From a bacterium (GTDB lineage Bacteria > DUMJ01): DNA of 64,000 bases. Below are positions 43,433 to 53,952 of this stretch, piece after piece. Within the stretch, counting starts at the first letter, position 1. Every line of letters begins with the position of its first letter. Below the pieces are notes generated by a model that saw only the letters and a list, made by a program, of their open reading frames with translations, had not been told where the DNA came from and made no database searches. Location: positions 24,431 to 88,430 of the forward strand of contig JACIXS010000100.1 in assembly GCA_014360335.1 (NCBI GenBank), in the 5' to 3' direction. Both the position numbers and the translations under genes were made by a program.

Positions 43433-44923
43433 ATGAGAAAGGTCTTTATATTTGATACTACTCTTAGGGATGGCGAGCAAACCCCTAGAGTTACACTTGA
43501 ACCTCAAGAGAAACTTAGGATAGCTAAACAGCTTGAGGAAATGGGGGTAGATGTTATAGAGGCCGGTTTTCCCATTGCGTCTCCAGGTGATGTAGAAGCG
43601 GTTACTATAATCTCTAAAGAGATAAAGAATAGTATAGTATGTGGGTTGGCTAGGTCTATTAGGAAGGATATAGATACAGCGTGGTCTGCCCTTCAGTATG
43701 CAAAAAGACCTAGGATACACGTGTTTATAGCAACTAGCGATATACATATGAAGTATAAGCTGAGAAAGACTAAGGAGGAAGTATTAGAACAAGCTGTGGA
43801 GGCGGTAAGATATGCCAAATCTCTCTGTGAGGATGTGGAATTCTCCGCTGAAGATGCCACTAGGTCAGACCCAGAATTCTTAAGAGAGATTTTCTTACGA
43901 GTTATAGAGGCAGGAGCTACAGTTATAAATGTTCCTGATACTGTCGGTTACTGTGTGCCAAGTGAGTTCGGAAATCTTATAGCTCAGGTAAGAAGTTATA
44001 TCCCAGAAGATATCATTTTAAGTGTCCACTGCCATAATGACTTAGGTCTAGCTACTGCTAATTCCTTAGTTGGTGTACTTAATGGAGCTAATCAGGTAGA
44101 GGTAGCTATGAATGGATTGGGAGAAAGGGCAGGGAATGCTGCCTTTGAAGAAGTGGTAATGGCTATAAAAACAAGAAAAGACATATTTAACGCATATACA
44201 GATATAAAGACAGAGTATATTATGAGTCTAAGTAGGCTTGTAAGTGGGCTTACCGGCATACCAGTTCAGCCAAACAAAGCTATTGTTGGCATTAATGCCT
44301 TTGCTCATGAAGCGGGAATTCACCAGGATGGTATTCTTAAGGAGAGAAGCACTTACGAGATAATGAATCCTAAAGATATAGGTCTAGATTCCTCCGAGAT
44401 AGTGCTAGGTAAACATTCTGGTAGACATGCCCTTAATGAAAGGCTTAAACAGTTAGGTTACGTTCTCTCGGAAGAAGAACTGACTAGGGTTTTTGAAAGG
44501 TTTAAGGTGCTTGCTGATAAAAAGAGAGAGATCCTAGATAGAGACCTTATAGCCCTTTTAGAGGAAAAGCCTGTAGAATTACCTGTGTATAGACTCGTTA
44601 ATATGGAGGTAACAACAAAGATAAATAATAGCTCATATGCAAAGGTAGACCTTGAAAAAGCCGAAGAGAGATTCCATGGAGAATCAGAAGGAGATGGACC
44701 TATTGAGGCGCTTTTTAATGCTATAGAAAACGCTATTAATATGCACTTTGACCTTATAGACTTTTCTCTAAAGTCTGTTACTATGGGTAAAGATGCTTTG
44801 GGAGAAGCCTTAGTTAAGCTGAAAAAGGATGGAGAGGTTCATTCTGGTAGAGGCACTAGCAAGAACATTCTTGAGGCTAGTGTTATAGCATATATAAACG
44901 CTATAAATAGGGCTCTTGCTTAA
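43433..44923 (+). CDS. leuA: 2-isopropylmalate synthase / (R)-citramalate synthase family (short LeuA/CimA form)
   Basis: FDTTLRDGEQ N-terminal motif, HxH (HCHNDLGLA), and a C-terminal regulatory domain; 496 aa. Confidence 0.85.
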   Translation: MRKVFIFDTTLRDGEQTPRVTLEPQEKLRIAKQLEEMGVDVIEAGFPIASPGDVEAVTIISKEIKNSIVCGLARSIRKDIDTAWSALQYAKRPRIHVFIATSDIHMKYKLRKTKEEVLEQAVEAVRYAKSLCEDVEFSAEDATRSDPEFLREIFLRVIEAGATVINVPDTVGYCVPSEFGNLIAQVRSYIPEDIILSVHCHNDLGLATANSLVGVLNGANQVEVAMNGLGERAGNAAFEEVVMAIKTRKDIFNAYTDIKTEYIMSLSRLVSGLTGIPVQPNKAIVGINAFAHEAGIHQDGILKERSTYEIMNPKDIGLDSSEIVLGKHSGRHALNERLKQLGYVLSEEELTRVFERFKVLADKKREILDRDLIALLEEKPVELPVYRLVNMEVTTKINNSSYAKVDLEKAEERFHGESEGDGPIEALFNAIENAINMHFDLIDFSLKSVTMGKDALGEALVKLKKDGEVHSGRGTSKNILEASVIAYINAINRALA

Positions 44924-44962
44924 TCCCTACTAGGTTGATATAATCTAATATAGGTAAGAAAG

Positions 44963-46219
44963 ATGGGAATGACACTTACAGAAAAGATTATTTCTGCGCA
45001 TACAAATAAGGATGAGGTTCATAGCGGGGAATTTGTAATAGCTAAAGTCGATTTTTCTCTTGCCAATGATATAACTGGTCCTTTAGCTATTAAAGAGTTT
45101 GAGAAGATAGGGGTAGATAGGGTTTTCGATAAAGAGAGAATTGCACTTATCCCCGACCATTTTACCCCTAATAAGGATATCCCTAGTGCCGAGCAGTGTA
45201 AAGTCTTGAGAGAATTTGCCCGTAGGATGGACCTTAAATATTACTATGAAGTAGGACGGGTAGGTATCGAACATGCCCTTCTACCTGAAGAAGGCTTAGT
45301 TGTCCCCGGTGATGTAGTTATAGGTGCAGATTCGCATACATGTACCTATGGAGCTTTAGGGGCTTTCTCAACAGGTGTAGGAAGTACAGATTTGGCTAAT
45401 GTCTGGGCTACAGGTGATATATGGCTTAGAGTCCCTGAGAGTATAAAGTTTATACTATATGGTAAGCCTCAAAAGTGGGTCACTGGTAAAGATATTATCC
45501 TGAACATTATAGGACGTATAGGGGTAGAAGGGGCAAATTATATGGCGATGGAATTTTCAGGCGAAGCTCTAAAGTATATTTCTATGGACTCAAGATTTAC
45601 TATATGTAATATGGCTATCGAAGCTGGTGCAAAAAATGGTATTATCCCTTTTGATGATATTACAGCTAACTATATGAAGGGTAGAAACAAGAGACCTTAT
45701 AAGATATATCTTCCAGATGAGTCTGCAGATTATAAAGAGATAATAGAGATAGATGTCTCTAGCATCCCACTAGAAGTGGCTCTCCCTCATTTACCTTCTA
45801 ATGTAAAGTCTGTAGAGGACATTGGAGAGATATATATAGACCAAGTAGTCATAGGTTCTTGCACAAACGGAAGAATGGAAGACTTAAGGATAGCTGCTCA
45901 GATTTTAAAGGGCAAAAAGGTCCATCCATACGTTAGATTAATAGTCATTCCTGCCACCCAAGAGATATATCTACAGGCTTTAAAGGAGGGACTTATAGAG
46001 ATATTTATCTCTGCCGGTGCTAGTGTTTCTACACCTACCTGTGGTCCATGCTTAGGTGGACATATGGGTATCTTGGCTAAGGGGGAAAAAGCATTAGCAA
46101 CTACTAATAGGAATTTTATAGGCAGAATGGGTCATCCAGAAAGTGAAGTCTATCTCTGTGGACCAGCTGTAGCAGCTGCCTCTAGCATAGAAGGAAAGAT
46201 AACTGCTCCATATGATTAG
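44963..46219 (+). CDS. leuC: 3-isopropylmalate dehydratase large subunit (archaeal-type, about 420 aa, aconitase family)
   Basis: Aconitase-family cysteine triad region (GSCTNGR...CGPCLG). Confidence 0.85.
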   Translation: MGMTLTEKIISAHTNKDEVHSGEFVIAKVDFSLANDITGPLAIKEFEKIGVDRVFDKERIALIPDHFTPNKDIPSAEQCKVLREFARRMDLKYYYEVGRVGIEHALLPEEGLVVPGDVVIGADSHTCTYGALGAFSTGVGSTDLANVWATGDIWLRVPESIKFILYGKPQKWVTGKDIILNIIGRIGVEGANYMAMEFSGEALKYISMDSRFTICNMAIEAGAKNGIIPFDDITANYMKGRNKRPYKIYLPDESADYKEIIEIDVSSIPLEVALPHLPSNVKSVEDIGEIYIDQVVIGSCTNGRMEDLRIAAQILKGKKVHPYVRLIVIPATQEIYLQALKEGLIEIFISAGASVSTPTCGPCLGGHMGILAKGEKALATTNRNFIGRMGHPESEVYLCGPAVAAASSIEGKITAPYD

Positions 46220-46442
46220 ACCTCTTTCTACGCTAAAGGTAGGAGAAAAGGGTAAGATAGTTAGATTGATAGGCGGAACTGGAATGATTAAAAGATTATC
46301 CGATTTGGGGTTTGTCCCTGAACAGGAGGTAGAAGTTGTAAGGTCTGCACCCCGAGGTCCTATAGCTATAAGAGTAAAAGGAACAATTTATGCTCTCGGT
46401 AGAGGGGTTGCAGATAAGATATATGTTGACGACATCCAGTGA
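46212..46442 (+). CDS. feoA: Ferrous iron transport protein A
   Basis: 76-aa FeoA SH3-like domain ([15 protein letters not shown]). Overlaps the leuC stop by 8 nt. Confidence 0.8.
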   Translation: MIRPLSTLKVGEKGKIVRLIGGTGMIKRLSDLGFVPEQEVEVVRSAPRGPIAIRVKGTIYALGRGVADKIYVDDIQ

Positions 46443-48387
46443 AAAGACAGAATCATCATATATATCAAGTAGAGAGATTACAATTGCTCTTGCCGGTAAT
46501 CCAAATGCCGGTAAGAGTGTAGTTTTTAATCAACTTACTGGTGGAAATCAGATTATAGGTAACTGGCCCGGTAAGACAGTAGAAAGGACTGAAGGCTGGG
46601 TAAGGTATAGGGGAAGAAGGATAAGGATAGTAGACCTACCTGGTATTTATAGCCTATCTACCTATACAGAAGAAGAACTGATAGCTCGCGAGTTCATCAT
46701 CTCAGGTACTCCAGATGTGATAATAAATGTTATCGATGCCTCTCTTTTAGAGAGAAGTCTTTTCTTAACCCTGCAACTCTTAGAGATGGAAAGACCCGTA
46801 CTTTTAGCAGTAAATCAACTAGATGTAGCAGAATCAAAAGGGTTAAGGACAGACATAAATACCCTTTCTAAGTTATTGGGAGTTCCTGCAGTAGGTATTA
46901 TAGCTACCAAAGGGACAGGGCTTAATAAACTGTTAACTACTGCCATTGAGTTAGCAGAGAAAAAAGAGAGGATTATTCCTCCAGCGTATGGTGGAGAGAT
47001 AGAGCAGAGTATACTTGAATTAACAAGATTGCTAGATGGAATCTATCAAGAATATCCTACTAGATGGTTGGCTATAAAGATTATAGAAAAAGATGAGTGG
47101 TTAAAAAATTTAGATATACCTAAATCTATTCTGACTAGGGCTGAGGAGATTAGGGAAGAGATAGAAAGGACTCATAAAGAGCCAATAGAGGTGATAGTGT
47201 CTTCTGAAAGGTATGCCCTAGCTAGTCGTATTGCTAGAAGTTCTCAGTATTATGAAAAGAGAAAGAAGAGTTTCCTACAAAATCTAGACCTAGTTCTTCT
47301 TCATCCCATTCTAGGCTATGTATCAATGGTTTTATTCCTCTTTGTTGCTTTTGTAAGTCTATTTAAGATAGGAGCAATCGGTTCTTCCTTTCTAGAAGAG
47401 CTCTTCTCTCATTTGGACCCGATTATTAAGAGTATCTCTATTCCAGAAACTCTTAAGAACCTTTTATGGGATGGGGTATTAAATGGATTCATCTCTGGTG
47501 TAACTATAGCCCTGCCATATATACTCCCATTCTATATCTTCTTATCTTTTCTAGAAAATAGTGGATATCTAGCTAGAATCGCCTTTCTTACAGATAGTAT
47601 TATGCATAAACTTGGGCTTCATGGTAAAGGGGCTATTCCGATTATTATGGGTTATGGATGTAATGTTCCAGCTATATTAGGGACTAGGATCTTAGAGAGT
47701 AAGAGAGAAAGAATCATTGCGAGTTTTCTTTCTATGCTTATACCATGTTCTGCTAGGACAGTTGTAATATTGGGGTTAGTGGGTATCTTTTTAGGTATAA
47801 AGTGGGCACTTGTTATATACATTTTAGACCTGATTGTTATCTATATTGTTGGTCTTTTTATGAATAGATATTACCCTGGAGAAACACCAGGACTGATAAT
47901 GGAAGTTCCAGACCTTAGAGTTCCAGTTCTTAAACCAACATTAAGGCAGTCTTGGTTTAGGATAAAGGAGTTTCTCTATGTGGCTCTTCCTTACATTATA
48001 TTGGGTTCGGTATTACTAGAGATAATAAAACTGTTAGGTTGGTTCAATGCGATAAATAGGATACTGAGTCCTATTATAGTAAATTGGCTTGGTTTACCTC
48101 CCATTACTGGAATAGTCCTTATATTTGGTTTACTAAGAAAAGAGTTAACTTTAATCTTGCTATCAACCTTTAGTGGAACGACTGATTTTTCATTAATTCT
48201 AAACCCTAGACAGATGTTTATTTTCTCGTTTTTTGTAACCTTATATATACCCTGTTTGGCTACTATAGCATCTCTTAGAAAGGAGTTAGGAAGATTTATC
48301 GCTTTTATACTTGTGTTTTTAGAGATACTGTTATCTCTTTTACTTGCTGGCATTTTGAATCATCTCTGGATGTATATAGCTAGTTGA
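46423..48387 (+). CDS. feoB: Ferrous iron transport protein B
   Basis: N-terminal G-domain (IALAGNPNAGKS) followed by a polytopic permease. The longest ORF starts at 46390; the ATG at 46423 is preferred but the true start is uncertain. Confidence 0.85.
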   Translation: MLTTSSEKTESSYISSREITIALAGNPNAGKSVVFNQLTGGNQIIGNWPGKTVERTEGWVRYRGRRIRIVDLPGIYSLSTYTEEELIAREFIISGTPDVIINVIDASLLERSLFLTLQLLEMERPVLLAVNQLDVAESKGLRTDINTLSKLLGVPAVGIIATKGTGLNKLLTTAIELAEKKERIIPPAYGGEIEQSILELTRLLDGIYQEYPTRWLAIKIIEKDEWLKNLDIPKSILTRAEEIREEIERTHKEPIEVIVSSERYALASRIARSSQYYEKRKKSFLQNLDLVLLHPILGYVSMVLFLFVAFVSLFKIGAIGSSFLEELFSHLDPIIKSISIPETLKNLLWDGVLNGFISGVTIALPYILPFYIFLSFLENSGYLARIAFLTDSIMHKLGLHGKGAIPIIMGYGCNVPAILGTRILESKRERIIASFLSMLIPCSARTVVILGLVGIFLGIKWALVIYILDLIVIYIVGLFMNRYYPGETPGLIMEVPDLRVPVLKPTLRQSWFRIKEFLYVALPYIILGSVLLEIIKLLGWFNAINRILSPIIVNWLGLPPITGIVLIFGLLRKELTLILLSTFSGTTDFSLILNPRQMFIFSFFVTLYIPCLATIASLRKELGRFIAFILVFLEILLSLLLAGILNHLWMYIAS

Positions 48388-48406
48388 GCCGAGGAGGTGA
48401 ATTTGT

Positions 48407-49057
48407 TTGCCAATAATAACCATATCAAGAGAGGTAGGCAGTGGTGGAGATGAGGTAGCCCATAGATTGTGCGAAGTATTAGGTTACCGATACTTTGATA
48501 AGGCACTTATGACAGAAGTTGCTGTTAAGATGGGGATATCGGAAGTAGAGGTTATAGACTACTCTGAAGATAGCTATAAACTACGTTCCTTTATAGATAA
48601 TCTTTTTAGACGTCGTGAGCCTCTAGCCACCATAACGATTAGAGGGACAAATTCTGCAGGAGAGATAACTCATATGACTGAGGTTTTAGATGAAGAGAGA
48701 GCTCTCAAACTTATACAGAGAACTATAGAAAGACTAAGAGAAAAAGGTAACATAGTTATAGTAGGACGTGGAAGTCAAGTAATACTTAGAGATGCTCCAG
48801 GGGTTCTTCATGTAAGGATAGTTGCCCCAATAGAACAGCGTATAAGCTATATAATGATAAATCGTAGTCTTACTAGAAACGAAGCTAGAGAATACCTGGA
48901 AGCTAAAGATAGGGCATCTGCAGAATATCTACGGAGATTTTATGGAGTAGATTGGAATGACCCTTCCCTTTATCATCTTGTGATAAATATGGGTAGATGG
49001 AATACCGATGAGGCGGTAGAGATTATTCAATATGCTCTAAAGAAGATACAAGGCTAG
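48407..49057 (+). CDS. Cytidylate-kinase-like family P-loop protein
   Basis: Degenerate P-loop REVGSGGDEV and a roughly 215-aa Cytidylate_kin2-like layout. TTG start with GGAGGTG 9 nt upstream. Confidence 0.6.
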   Translation: MPIITISREVGSGGDEVAHRLCEVLGYRYFDKALMTEVAVKMGISEVEVIDYSEDSYKLRSFIDNLFRRREPLATITIRGTNSAGEITHMTEVLDEERALKLIQRTIERLREKGNIVIVGRGSQVILRDAPGVLHVRIVAPIEQRISYIMINRSLTRNEAREYLEAKDRASAEYLRRFYGVDWNDPSLYHLVINMGRWNTDEAVEIIQYALKKIQG

Positions 49058-50178
49058 GAAGGATCTGTATAAGAAGATATCTTACCTTCGAAGTTTCTAA
49101 GTAATATCTGGTCTCCATTCCTTCCTATGATATACTGTGGACTTACTGGTATCTTGCCCATACCTGGAGCATCTATTACAAATGTGGGAACAGCTAATCC
49201 TGAGGTAAACCCTTGAAGCGCTTCTATAATTTCTATCCCCTTTTCTACAGGAGTCCTAAAATGAGAAAGTCCTTCAACCATATCACATTGATATAAATAG
49301 TAAGGCCTTACTCTTATTTTTAACAATCCTTGAACTAGTTTCTTCATAACTGCTACGTCATCGTTTATCCCCTTTAAAAGGACCGATTGATTCCCTAAGG
49401 GTATTCCGGCATCTGCTAACATCTCACAAGCCCGAGATGATTCAGGGGTAATCTCATTTGGATGATTAAAATGAGTATTTATCCATATAGGATGATATTT
49501 CCGTAGCATACTGCATAATTCAGGGGTAACTCTTTGAGGTAGAGTTACTGGGACTCTTGTCCCTATTCTAATAATCTCAATATGGCTTATGTTCCTTAGA
49601 TTAGAAATTATCACCTCTATCATTCGATCAGGAAGGATTAGAGGGTCACCACCAGAGATGATTACATCTCTAATCTCTCTATGAGAAGCGATATATTCAA
49701 ATGCTTTATTTAGTTCTATATGATTACTGCTCTTTTTTACCTTCTCAGTTAATCTCCTCCTAGTACAGTGCCTACATAAAGTTGGACAGGAATCTGTCAC
49801 TAATAAGAGGACTCTATCTGGATATCTATGGACTAATCCAGGTAAAGGGGAATAGACATCCTCTTTTAAAGGGTCTTCTGTCTCATATGGCATATGCTCT
49901 AATTCGTGTATACTTGGTATCGACTGAAGTCTTATAGGGTCATTATAATTTGATTGATCTATCAGTGAAAGATAATAAGGGGTTATAGCCATTTTTAAAT
50001 ATTTCAAACTCTTTTCTATATCTTCCTTCTCTTGTTCTGCTAAATCCAGAATCCTCTCTAAGTCTTCCAATCTGGTGGTTCTATTTCTAAGTTGCCATCT
50101 CCAATCATTCCATACTTCTTTATCTACATCAAAAAAATCCCTAACTCTGAATTCTGATTTAGTTGACTCTGTCTCCAT
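49054..50178 (-). CDS. kamA: L-lysine 2,3-aminomutase (KamA, radical SAM/PLP), short form
   Basis: Collinear with Clostridium KamA as recalled (WNDWRWQLRNR, CPTLCRHCTRR radical-SAM cluster, VRPYYLYQCD, PTFVIDAPG). It lacks the roughly 40 C-terminal residues of the clostridial enzyme. Confidence 0.85.
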   Translation of the reverse strand: METESTKSEFRVRDFFDVDKEVWNDWRWQLRNRTTRLEDLERILDLAEQEKEDIEKSLKYLKMAITPYYLSLIDQSNYNDPIRLQSIPSIHELEHMPYETEDPLKEDVYSPLPGLVHRYPDRVLLLVTDSCPTLCRHCTRRRLTEKVKKSSNHIELNKAFEYIASHREIRDVIISGGDPLILPDRMIEVIISNLRNISHIEIIRIGTRVPVTLPQRVTPELCSMLRKYHPIWINTHFNHPNEITPESSRACEMLADAGIPLGNQSVLLKGINDDVAVMKKLVQGLLKIRVRPYYLYQCDMVEGLSHFRTPVEKGIEIIEALQGFTSGLAVPTFVIDAPGMGKIPVSPQYIIGRNGDQILLRNFEGKISSYTDPS

Positions 50179-50181
50179 CCT

Positions 50182-51198
50182 TTAACTCCCTTCCTTATTT
50201 AAGAGAGCTGGATATCTTGAAATTCCAGCCTTTAAGATTCTAGCAATTAAATCTTTATAACTTATACCTTTAACCATAGCCATACTGGGAAAGTTTCCCT
50301 CTTTTGGATCAAGGTCTGGTAACGGATTTACTTCTAGGACGTATGGGATTTCATCTTTAGAAACTCTAATATCTAGTCTAGCTAGATCTCTGCACCTAAG
50401 AACTCTATATACTTTTAGTGAAATATTACATATCTTTTCGTATAGGCTTTTAGTTAGAGAAGCTGGACAGTAATGTTTCACCAAATGCCAGTATTTAGCT
50501 TTTATTATTCCACTAGCAAACTTACCAAGTTCGTCAGGGATAGATGAAAAATCAAGTTCTTTTATCGGTAGGACCTCTGGAGGAGCATTTCCCAATATGC
50601 CTACAGTGAGTTCTCGACCTTCTACAAATTCTTCGACTAGTGCAGGCTGACGATAAAGGTCGATAATCTTTGCAATCTGTTCTTTTAATTCTTTGAATGA
50701 GTACACTATGCTTCTACTATCTAGTCCCATACTAGAACCTTCATGGCTCGGCTTTACAATTATAGGAAATCGCAAATCTCCTATATTTTGTGTCTCTTTA
50801 AGATTGGATATAACGGTATATCTAGGTGTAGGAATATGCTCCGCGATAAAGATTTGTTTTGTTATAGGTTTATCTAAAGTTATAGCCATTGTCAGCGGAC
50901 CAGAACCGGTATAGGGTATTCCTAGCCATTCTAAAATAGCAGGAACATGAGATTCCCTAGATTCTCCTCTTATCCCTTCTCCAATGTTGAATACTATATC
51001 TGGCGAAAGCTCCTTTAAATTTTCAACAAAGGACTCATTTGCCTCAACAGGGAAAACCTTATGGCCTAAAGACTCTAAAGCCTGAACTATAGCCTCTATA
51101 GTCCGGGGCGGATCAAACTCCGCGTATCGGTCTGGAGGTTCATCATCCTCCACTATAATCTCTTCTGGTTTTTTATTAAAAGCCAAGACTATTTTCAT
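50182..51198 (-). CDS. ATP-grasp ligase of the D-alanine--D-alanine ligase family (divergent)
   Basis: Ddl-like blocks (GEGIRGES...LEWLGIPYTGSGP, KPSHEGSSMG, EVNPLPDL). Its context (kamA, no mur genes) argues against canonical Ddl. Confidence 0.7.
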   Translation of the reverse strand: MKIVLAFNKKPEEIIVEDDEPPDRYAEFDPPRTIEAIVQALESLGHKVFPVEANESFVENLKELSPDIVFNIGEGIRGESRESHVPAILEWLGIPYTGSGPLTMAITLDKPITKQIFIAEHIPTPRYTVISNLKETQNIGDLRFPIIVKPSHEGSSMGLDSRSIVYSFKELKEQIAKIIDLYRQPALVEEFVEGRELTVGILGNAPPEVLPIKELDFSSIPDELGKFASGIIKAKYWHLVKHYCPASLTKSLYEKICNISLKVYRVLRCRDLARLDIRVSKDEIPYVLEVNPLPDLDPKEGNFPSMAMVKGISYKDLIARILKAGISRYPALLNKEGS

Positions 51199-51207
51199 AC
51201 TTGCTAA

Positions 51208-51235
51208 ATTATACTTCGACCTTTATAAAAGTCAA
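51208..51235 (-). promoter_or_regulatory. Putative promoter TTGACT-N16-TATAAT whose -10 ends 9 nt before the ATP-grasp ATG (very short leader or leaderless)
   Basis: Hexamers read directly on the minus strand. No Shine-Dalgarno lies between the -10 and the ATG. Confidence 0.35.
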
Positions 51236-51270
51236 TACTTCAAGGAGAGATTTTATAATTTTGGTTCTTA

Positions 51271-51300
51271 CAAAAAAGGCGAGGGAAGTCTCCCTCGCCT
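51271..51300 (-). terminator. Rho-independent terminator after hppA (GGCGAGGGAGACUUCCCUCGCC followed by UUUUUUG on the minus strand)
   Basis: Seen directly in the sequence. Confidence 0.65.
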
Positions 51301-51317
51301 CTAAAATATAACAGATT

Positions 51318-53288
51318 TTACCTGAATATTATACCAAATACTAGCGCAATTATAGACATAAGCTTTATCAAGATATTCATAGAGGGACCTGCGGTATCCT
51401 TAAACGGATCACCAACAGTATCTCCAATTACAGCTGCTGCATGAGTGGGTGTTCCCTTACCACCTAAATTCCCAGCTTCGATGTACTTCTTAGCGTTATC
51501 CCAAGCACCACCGCTATTTGCCATCATAATAGCTAATGCTACCCCTGTCAATATAGCACCAAGTAGAAAACCTCCTACAGCTTCTTTACCCAACACTAGT
51601 CCTATAATAATGGGGGCAACAACCGCTGTAATGCTAGGAGCTAGCATCTCTCTTAAAGCTCCTTTAGTGGCTATGTCTACGCAACGTGCATACTCTGCTC
51701 TTGCCTTTCCTTCCATTAGCCCCTTAATCTCTCTAAATTGCCTCCTTACTTCTTCTACTATCAGATTAGCGGTTCTACCTACTGCTTCCATAGCAAATGC
51801 AGAGAACATAAATGGCATTAAGGCTCCTATAAATGCTCCTATTAGAGACTTAACAGAGAGGATATTCACTATACTTAGACCTACAGTATGTGTATAGGCA
51901 CTGAATAGGGCAAGAGCGGTTAATGCTGCAGAACCAATAGCAAAACCCTTCCCTATGGCAGCAGTGGTATTCCCTAGAGCATCTAGTCTATCTGTTATCT
52001 TACGAATATTAGCTCCAAGTCCAGCCATCTCAGCTATACCACCTGCATTATCTGCTATTGGTCCATAGGCATCTGTTGACATCACTATGCCTATAGTGGC
52101 TAACATTCCAACTCCGGCTATAGCTACACCATAGAGTCCATTCAGAGCCCAAGATATACCAATAGCACCTGCAATCATTATTACTGGCACTATGATGCTC
52201 TTCATTCCAAGGGCAAGTCCCCTTATAATAACCGTACCAGCACCGGTCTGTGCACTTTCAGCTAGAGATACTATAGGTTTACCAGATGTATAATACTCAG
52301 AGACAAGACCAATAATTATCCCCACTATAAGCCCAGCCAATAATGCAAAGAGTGGATTATAGGTATTTAGTAGGGATTTTGTTAAAGGTATAGCTACTAT
52401 TACTAAAATGATCGCAGATACATAGGTTCCCCATCTAAGAGCAGATTGGGGGTCTCCTTTCCCAAATAACTGTACATAGAAAGATCCAATTATAGATGCT
52501 ACGGTTCCTACAGCTATAAGGATAAGAGGATATAGGATTGCATTTAGGGATAACTCTTTAGAGAATGCAGTAAGTCCTATTACCATAGCAGCAATAACAG
52601 CTCCTACGTATGATTCAAAGAGGTCTGCACCCATCCCTGCAACGTCTCCAACGTTATCTCCTACGTTATCCGCTATGACACCCGCATTTCTTGGGTCATC
52701 CTCAGGTATATTCTTCTCTACTTTACCTACTAAGTCTGAGCCAACATCAGCGCTTTTTGTATATATACCTCCTCCTACACGGGCAAATAGAGCTACTGAG
52801 CTAGCACCCATTCCAAATGCATTTATAACGTTAGGGTCTTTAAAGATTAGGTAGGCTATAGAAAGACCAAATACCCCAAGACCTGCAACTGCAAGCCCCA
52901 TTACAGAGCCACCAGTGAAGGCAACTCTCAAAGCTTGAGACTGACCCTTCTTTGCTGCTTCTGTAGTCCTTACATTGGCTCTAGTAGCAGCTTGCATACC
53001 AAACCATCCTGCAAATATAGAAGATATACTACCCATAACGTATGCGATAGCACTGTACGGATTGATAAATATGGCTATTACAGCAGTCATAACGATAATA
53101 AAGTATACAAGAGTCAGATACTCCCTCTTTAAAAATGCTACTGCTCCTTCGTGTATAGCGGATGCTATCTCCCGCATTCTCTCTGTTCCAGCTGGTTGCT
53201 TTGATACCCAGGTATAGAAATAATATGCGAGCAGTAGCGTCCCACCTCCTATGATTGTAGAAAGCGTTAATAAGGTATTACTGCTCAT
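51318..53288 (-). CDS. hppA: Membrane-bound proton-translocating pyrophosphatase (V-type H+-PPase)
   Basis: Multiple PPase acidic motifs ([26 protein letters not shown]) and about 16 transmembrane helices. The ATG at 53288 (MSSNTLL...) is preferred because a GGAGGAAGGAG RBS sits 8 nt upstream; the ORF-track start at 53309 falls inside that RBS. Confidence 0.9.
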   Translation of the reverse strand: MSSNTLLTLSTIIGGGTLLLAYYFYTWVSKQPAGTERMREIASAIHEGAVAFLKREYLTLVYFIIVMTAVIAIFINPYSAIAYVMGSISSIFAGWFGMQAATRANVRTTEAAKKGQSQALRVAFTGGSVMGLAVAGLGVFGLSIAYLIFKDPNVINAFGMGASSVALFARVGGGIYTKSADVGSDLVGKVEKNIPEDDPRNAGVIADNVGDNVGDVAGMGADLFESYVGAVIAAMVIGLTAFSKELSLNAILYPLILIAVGTVASIIGSFYVQLFGKGDPQSALRWGTYVSAIILVIVAIPLTKSLLNTYNPLFALLAGLIVGIIIGLVSEYYTSGKPIVSLAESAQTGAGTVIIRGLALGMKSIIVPVIMIAGAIGISWALNGLYGVAIAGVGMLATIGIVMSTDAYGPIADNAGGIAEMAGLGANIRKITDRLDALGNTTAAIGKGFAIGSAALTALALFSAYTHTVGLSIVNILSVKSLIGAFIGALMPFMFSAFAMEAVGRTANLIVEEVRRQFREIKGLMEGKARAEYARCVDIATKGALREMLAPSITAVVAPIIIGLVLGKEAVGGFLLGAILTGVALAIMMANSGGAWDNAKKYIEAGNLGGKGTPTHAAAVIGDTVGDPFKDTAGPSMNILIKLMSIIALVFGIIFR

Positions 53289-53308
53289 ATACGTCACTCC
53301 TTCCTCCA

Positions 53309-53869
53309 CTAGGATTTTATAGAATTAATTTTTTGCTTTTGTTTATGTCTTTTCTCTAACTCCCTGTATACATCTTGAGGAGTCAGCTTTAAATTTGCTA
53401 GTAAGACCAATATGTGATAGAAAAGGTCAGAGACTTCATATATCACCTCACCACGATCCTCTTTCATTCCTGCCAGAAGGACCTCTACTATCTCTTCCCC
53501 TATCTTTTTAAGTATCTTTTCTTTACCCTCTTTAAAGAGTTGAGATGTATAAGAACCTTCGGTAGGGTTAAGTTTTCTGGATAGGATGATTTCGTAAAGG
53601 GTATCCAGATTAAATCTAGTATAGTCTTCTTTAGAATACAACTCTTGGAAAAAGCATGATAGATGTCCTGTATGGCAGGCTACTCCCCTTTGTTCTACTA
53701 GTACAAGTAATGCATCATTATCGCAATCCAATCTAATCTCTTTTACCTTTTGTATATTGCCACTAGTTTCCCCCTTATTCCATAACTTTTGCCTCTCTCT
53801 ACTCCAAAACCAAGTAGTCCCTGTTTCTATTGTCCTTCTCAGAGACTCCTCATTCATATAACCCAACAT
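53309..53869 (-). CDS. hisIE: Bifunctional phosphoribosyl-AMP cyclohydrolase / phosphoribosyl-ATP pyrophosphatase
   Basis: HisI motifs ([27 protein letters not shown]) and a HisE C-terminus. The conserved HisI N-terminal segment continues in frame upstream of this ATG without a canonical start codon (see findings). Confidence 0.85.
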   Translation of the reverse strand: MLGYMNEESLRRTIETGTTWFWSRERQKLWNKGETSGNIQKVKEIRLDCDNDALLVLVEQRGVACHTGHLSCFFQELYSKEDYTRFNLDTLYEIILSRKLNPTEGSYTSQLFKEGKEKILKKIGEEIVEVLLAGMKEDRGEVIYEVSDLFYHILVLLANLKLTPQDVYRELEKRHKQKQKINSIKS

Positions 53870-53952
53870 AAGGACTTCACCTGAGTTAGCCTCCTGAATA
53901 ATAGCCGGGATCAGTCCGTCTTTGTTATATTTTATGTTAGATAACTCTATAT

